Below are positions 25,108-28,022 of a stretch of 28,022 nucleotides of DNA, piece after piece; position 1 is the first letter of the stretch; every line of letters begins with the position of its first letter. This stretch comes from a virus. Lineage: Duplodnaviria > Caudoviricetes. Location: the IMG/VR virus record IMGVR_UViG_3300032242_000323, positions 1 through 28,022 of that record, one strand, 5' to 3'. The notes under the pieces were generated by a model, which saw only the letters and a program-made list of their open reading frames with translations, did not search any database and was not told the origin of the DNA. The position numbers and the translations under genes are program-made.

Positions 25108-25536
25108 TTAAGCCTCCAGTTGTTTACCGCATTTAAAAAGTACATCTTTTGGAACCAAAAAAGCTTTTTTGCTTTTTGTGTCCCCCTCACCTACAAACTC
25201 TACATACTTCAGTTTTTGCTGAAAAATACAATTGACAATGCTCATTGGCTTCATCATTACAAAAACGTGGTCATCATGGAAAACCCAGTAATCCGCAGTC
25301 GTTGTAATAAGCGCAGATGCTTTGCCGTTCATTTCAATTTCAACAACAATATTTCCAGTCTCGTTACTCATCGGATCATACTTAACTTCGACAGACTTAT
25401 GTAACTCAGGAATCCAAATATCATAGCCCTTAAATGCGTTCACCAGCGTGGCGCATGAATACTTATTTTGAATCATGGCTAAAGCTTTTAACTCTACGTT
25501 AAGACCACGTTCAAGGTCGACTTGAAAAGTGTTCAC
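25108..25536 (-). CDS. PD-(D/E)XK nuclease-like protein
   Basis: YDIWI...VEVKYD...TGNIVVE...SAL..TTADYW pattern. Confidence 0.6.
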   Translation of the reverse strand: MNTFQVDLERGLNVELKALAMIQNKYSCATLVNAFKGYDIWIPELHKSVEVKYDPMSNETGNIVVEIEMNGKASALITTTADYWVFHDDHVFVMMKPMSIVNCIFQQKLKYVEFVGEGDTKSKKAFLVPKDVLFKCGKQLEA

Positions 25537-25751
25537 TTGTTCTCCTTAAAGGAGAGAACTGGTTTGATTAATGCTTCCATAGCCCATTCTAAATACTGTT
25601 TTATCTCTTGCGCATTTTCACCGCCCATTGTTGCAGTGCAGTGCCCTATTGGTTTGCCGATGTAATCGTAATAAACTTCTCGGACTTCTACGTACTCTTC
25701 ATCAGGAAACTCTTCAGACTCCATCTTCACTAGCCGTAGATTCCAAGTCAT
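25533..25751 (-). CDS. Hypothetical protein
   Basis: MTWNLRLV...EVYYD..GKP; coupled to both neighbours. Confidence 0.7.
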   Translation of the reverse strand: MTWNLRLVKMESEEFPDEEYVEVREVYYDYIGKPIGHCTATMGGENAQEIKQYLEWAMEALIKPVLSFKENK

Positions 25752-25999
25752 TTTTTGGTCACTTTCTTTTTGATTGTTTTTTTAATTGCTGGTTTAATTG
25801 TAGGTTTTCTTCCTCTAGCATTGCCAGTATTAGCTCTGTTAGCAATTTGGTCGGCAGTGGCATACTCATTAAGTCCTTCTTTAAGCATAGCGATAAACCC
25901 CCACTGAACAAGAATTTCGAGGTCTTCTTTCTCGAACCTGATGAGAGCGTCAGCCGAACCATCTTTATTCTCCTTTTGAATTGATACAGATATAGTCAT
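25748..25999 (-). CDS. Hypothetical protein with Lys-rich tail
   Basis: KENKDGSAD N-terminus and KPAIKKTIKKKVTKK tail; ATGA-coupled. Confidence 0.7.
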   Translation of the reverse strand: MTISVSIQKENKDGSADALIRFEKEDLEILVQWGFIAMLKEGLNEYATADQIANRANTGNARGRKPTIKPAIKKTIKKKVTKK

Positions 26000-26172
26000 T
26001 TTTCATCTTCCTTATCGGTAATTTCTACTACGTAAACACCTTCATCAACTTCTTCTATTACGGCTTTTTTCTTTTTTCCAAAAATTGCCTCAAAGTTTTT
26101 ATCAAATTGCTCTCTATTTGGTATTGGTCTTGGTTTGTCACCCTTGCCACCATCTCTATAGTTATGACTCAT
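25996..26172 (-). CDS. 58-aa hypothetical protein (not in ORF track)
   Basis: MSHNYRDGGKGDKPRPIPNREQFDKNFEAIFGKKKKAVIEEVDEGVYVVEITDKEDEK*; fills the gap and is ATGA-coupled to the next gene. Confidence 0.7.
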   Translation of the reverse strand: MSHNYRDGGKGDKPRPIPNREQFDKNFEAIFGKKKKAVIEEVDEGVYVVEITDKEDEK

Positions 26173-26407
26173 CTGTCTTTACCCTTCTCTTTAGTGCATG
26201 GTTTTCAATCATTAAACTATTAATAATTTGCAAGTGTTCTTTATGGCGATTCTCCATCACATTTGTCATTCTTTCAAGGTCATGTTGCCAGCTTTGCATT
26301 GTAGCTATTAGCTTCTTTGTGTGATACCAAACATAATCCTCTGTAATGCCCTCGACATTTATTTCTTCTTTAATTACAAACTTGTCTGCATTTTCTTGAT
26401 CGCTCAT
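26162..26407 (-). CDS. Hypothetical coiled-coil protein
   Basis: 81-aa ORF in the coupled array. Confidence 0.65.
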   Translation of the reverse strand: MSDQENADKFVIKEEINVEGITEDYVWYHTKKLIATMQSWQHDLERMTNVMENRHKEHLQIINSLMIENHALKRRVKTDES

Positions 26408-26655
26408 AGCTTTTCCTCTGGTTGTGTTAAGGCTTCAAAACAATGTTTTTCATATAACATTTTATCTATTTCAGCACTATAGGCATCACGCTCCATCCGT
26501 AACTTATCCATCGTTGCCCGATGACTGCTAGTAGATGCGTTCCATGCGGTTTGCCAAGAAAGCCATAGCCATTGAACTACGCTATCGTCTGTTTCTTTAT
26601 TGGTTTCATCTAATAATTTTTTTTTCTTCGCCCACAATAAAAACTCTTCTTTCAT
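26404..26655 (-). CDS. Hypothetical protein
   Basis: 83 aa with a W..WQTAW motif; ATGA-coupled. Confidence 0.65.
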   Translation of the reverse strand: MKEEFLLWAKKKKLLDETNKETDDSVVQWLWLSWQTAWNASTSSHRATMDKLRMERDAYSAEIDKMLYEKHCFEALTQPEEKL

Positions 26656-27581
26656 ATCAACTCCAATGATGGTTGTTTAAGTCTTTCTTTTTGCAACACT
26701 TTGTAATCTTCGTTTAGCTCGCAGCCTAAGTATGATCTGTTTAAACGTTGAGCAACTGCAGCGGTAGTTCCTGAACCCATAAAAGGATCAAGGACTATGT
26801 CACCAACTTTACTTCCCGCAATGATGCAAGGTTCAATTAACTCAGGTGGATACACGGCAAAGTGCGCACCCTTAAATGGTTTGGTGGTAACTGTCCACAC
26901 AGAACGTTTATTAGCCATATCGTAAGACTTTTCCAGCCCCGAATGAGGGCTAAGACCTGATCCCTCGTTGTGGTATTTGCCATCGCTTCTATCCCTTGTT
27001 CCCCAGTCTTCCTTGACAGGCTCTTTAATAGCCTCGTTATCAAAGTAATACTTAGGTTTTTTGGTCAATAGGAAGATGTACTCATGGTTCTTGGTGCAAC
27101 GATCCTTCATAGACTCAGGCATGGGGTTGGGTTTGTGCCAAATGATGTCTTGACGTAGATACCAGCCGTCAGCTTGCAGTGCAAAGGCAACCCTCCAAGG
27201 AATCCCAATAAGGTCTTTCTCTTTCAGCCCAGCCTGTTTGTTTCCACGTCTAGCACAAGACTGCGGTAAGTCTTGGTCTGTATTAGAGACTGTCTGTTTA
27301 ACAAGCGATTGACCTTTGCCTGGTCGGTAGTTGTAGTAGCTGTCCCCCAAATTCAACCACAGCGTCCCGTCATCCTGCAGTATTTTCCATACGTGTTTAA
27401 ACACATCAACAATAGCCGCCACATAGTCGTCAACAGTTTCTTCTAAGCCAATTTGTCCGTTATGACCATAATCTCGTAGCCCAAAGTAAGGTGGTGAAGT
27501 AACGCAAGTTTGCACCTTGACCCCCTCAGTTGCCCAACGTTTCATAATGTCTCGGCAATCACCGAACTCAATGGTATTCAT
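26652..27581 (-). CDS. DNA methyltransferase, N6_N4_Mtase family, beta class (SPPY, likely m4C)
   Basis: Catalytic VTSPPY near the N-terminus, IIWHKPNPMPES, and SAM-binding VLDPFMGSGTT near the C-terminus. Confidence 0.92.
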   Translation of the reverse strand: MNTIEFGDCRDIMKRWATEGVKVQTCVTSPPYFGLRDYGHNGQIGLEETVDDYVAAIVDVFKHVWKILQDDGTLWLNLGDSYYNYRPGKGQSLVKQTVSNTDQDLPQSCARRGNKQAGLKEKDLIGIPWRVAFALQADGWYLRQDIIWHKPNPMPESMKDRCTKNHEYIFLLTKKPKYYFDNEAIKEPVKEDWGTRDRSDGKYHNEGSGLSPHSGLEKSYDMANKRSVWTVTTKPFKGAHFAVYPPELIEPCIIAGSKVGDIVLDPFMGSGTTAAVAQRLNRSYLGCELNEDYKVLQKERLKQPSLELI

Positions 27582-27907
27582 CTTGCATAACCAATGCGGT
27601 CACCACTGGTATCAAATAAATTTGCCTCTCCCATGTTGCCACGAGTTTCATAAGCAATGATGTTGCCAGTGTTATCGTAGATCATATGGGTAGATTCCAT
27701 GTTGTATCGATTGTTTTCCCAAGCATATGAAGTATTTGAATGGTTGTACTGATTATTAGCGTAGTTGTATTCACTATTCTTAAAGTTGTATGGATTGTTT
27801 TCCCACACACTTTGCGCCTTAGCTGATCCAATCCTAATAGCCACACAAAAAACAATTAAAGTGAATACAGTGAGACCATAAACTACTCTTTCAAAAAATG
27901 CGTTCAT
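27578..27907 (-). CDS. Exported/membrane-anchored Asn/Tyr-repeat protein
   Basis: N-terminal hydrophobic segment ending SAKA|QS, then ~7-aa N-x-x-Y-N repeats. Confidence 0.65.
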   Translation of the reverse strand: MNAFFERVVYGLTVFTLIVFCVAIRIGSAKAQSVWENNPYNFKNSEYNYANNQYNHSNTSYAWENNRYNMESTHMIYDNTGNIIAYETRGNMGEANLFDTSGDRIGYAR

Positions 27908-28022
27908 TTTGCTTTTACCCTTCGTTTAATAGCCGTAATGCCAGCCTCTTTTGGTTTGCGAGCTTCTAACATAGAGTCTGCGTACTTATAAGCCAATGTT
28001 GCTGGCTCTTCTCCAACATCAT
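27904..28022 (-). CDS. 3' end of a hypothetical phage protein (partial)
   Basis: ...DVGEEPATLAYKYADSMLEARKPKEAGITAIKRRVKAK*; AY..AD.ML.AR motif common in small phage proteins; ATGA overlap. Confidence 0.65.
   Translation of the reverse strand, partial: DVGEEPATLAYKYADSMLEARKPKEAGITAIKRRVKAK

Noticed and set aside
1-28022. tRNA/rRNA genes, integrase, transposase or alternative genetic code
   Set aside because: None recognised. Genes tile densely under the standard code, with TAA, TGA and TAG all used as stops. A covariance-model search was not possible.

Overview
A 28-kb segment of a tailed dsDNA phage with podovirus-like gene content, infecting a Gram-negative host (it encodes spanins). A PhaR-type operator hints at a PHA-storing proteobacterium, which is inference. 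The + strand (1-22505) is a late operon. It carries tail-fibre and associated genes, a lysis cassette (holin, Rz with an embedded Rz1 missing from the ORF track, GH19 endolysin), a P22 gp10-like tail protein and three ejection proteins. These are followed by a 2816-aa large polyvalent protein, a metallophosphoesterase and a SprT-like protease. A palindrome-rich intergenic region (22506-22670) marks convergence with a - strand array of small, translationally coupled genes. That array includes a repeat-bounded MNANELAD mini-gene family, a Ref-like nuclease, a DUF3310 protein, a PD-(D/E)XK-like protein and an SPPY-type DNA methyltransferase. Three observations stand out. (i) The giant protein looks like a polyprotein of effector cassettes (unknown domain, HhH-GPD glycosylase-like, ADP-ribosyltransferase) delimited by a recurring [KR]-[YF]-S-L-R motif, downstream of its own HExxH peptidase. 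(ii) A protein-like +1-frame gene is overprinted on the tail of the glycosylase-like cassette and stops just before the next boundary, making it a candidate nested inhibitor. (iii) A 42-aa unannotated gene has its own sigma70 promoter overlapped by a PhaR-like operator. All family assignments are from motif recognition by eye; no searches were run.
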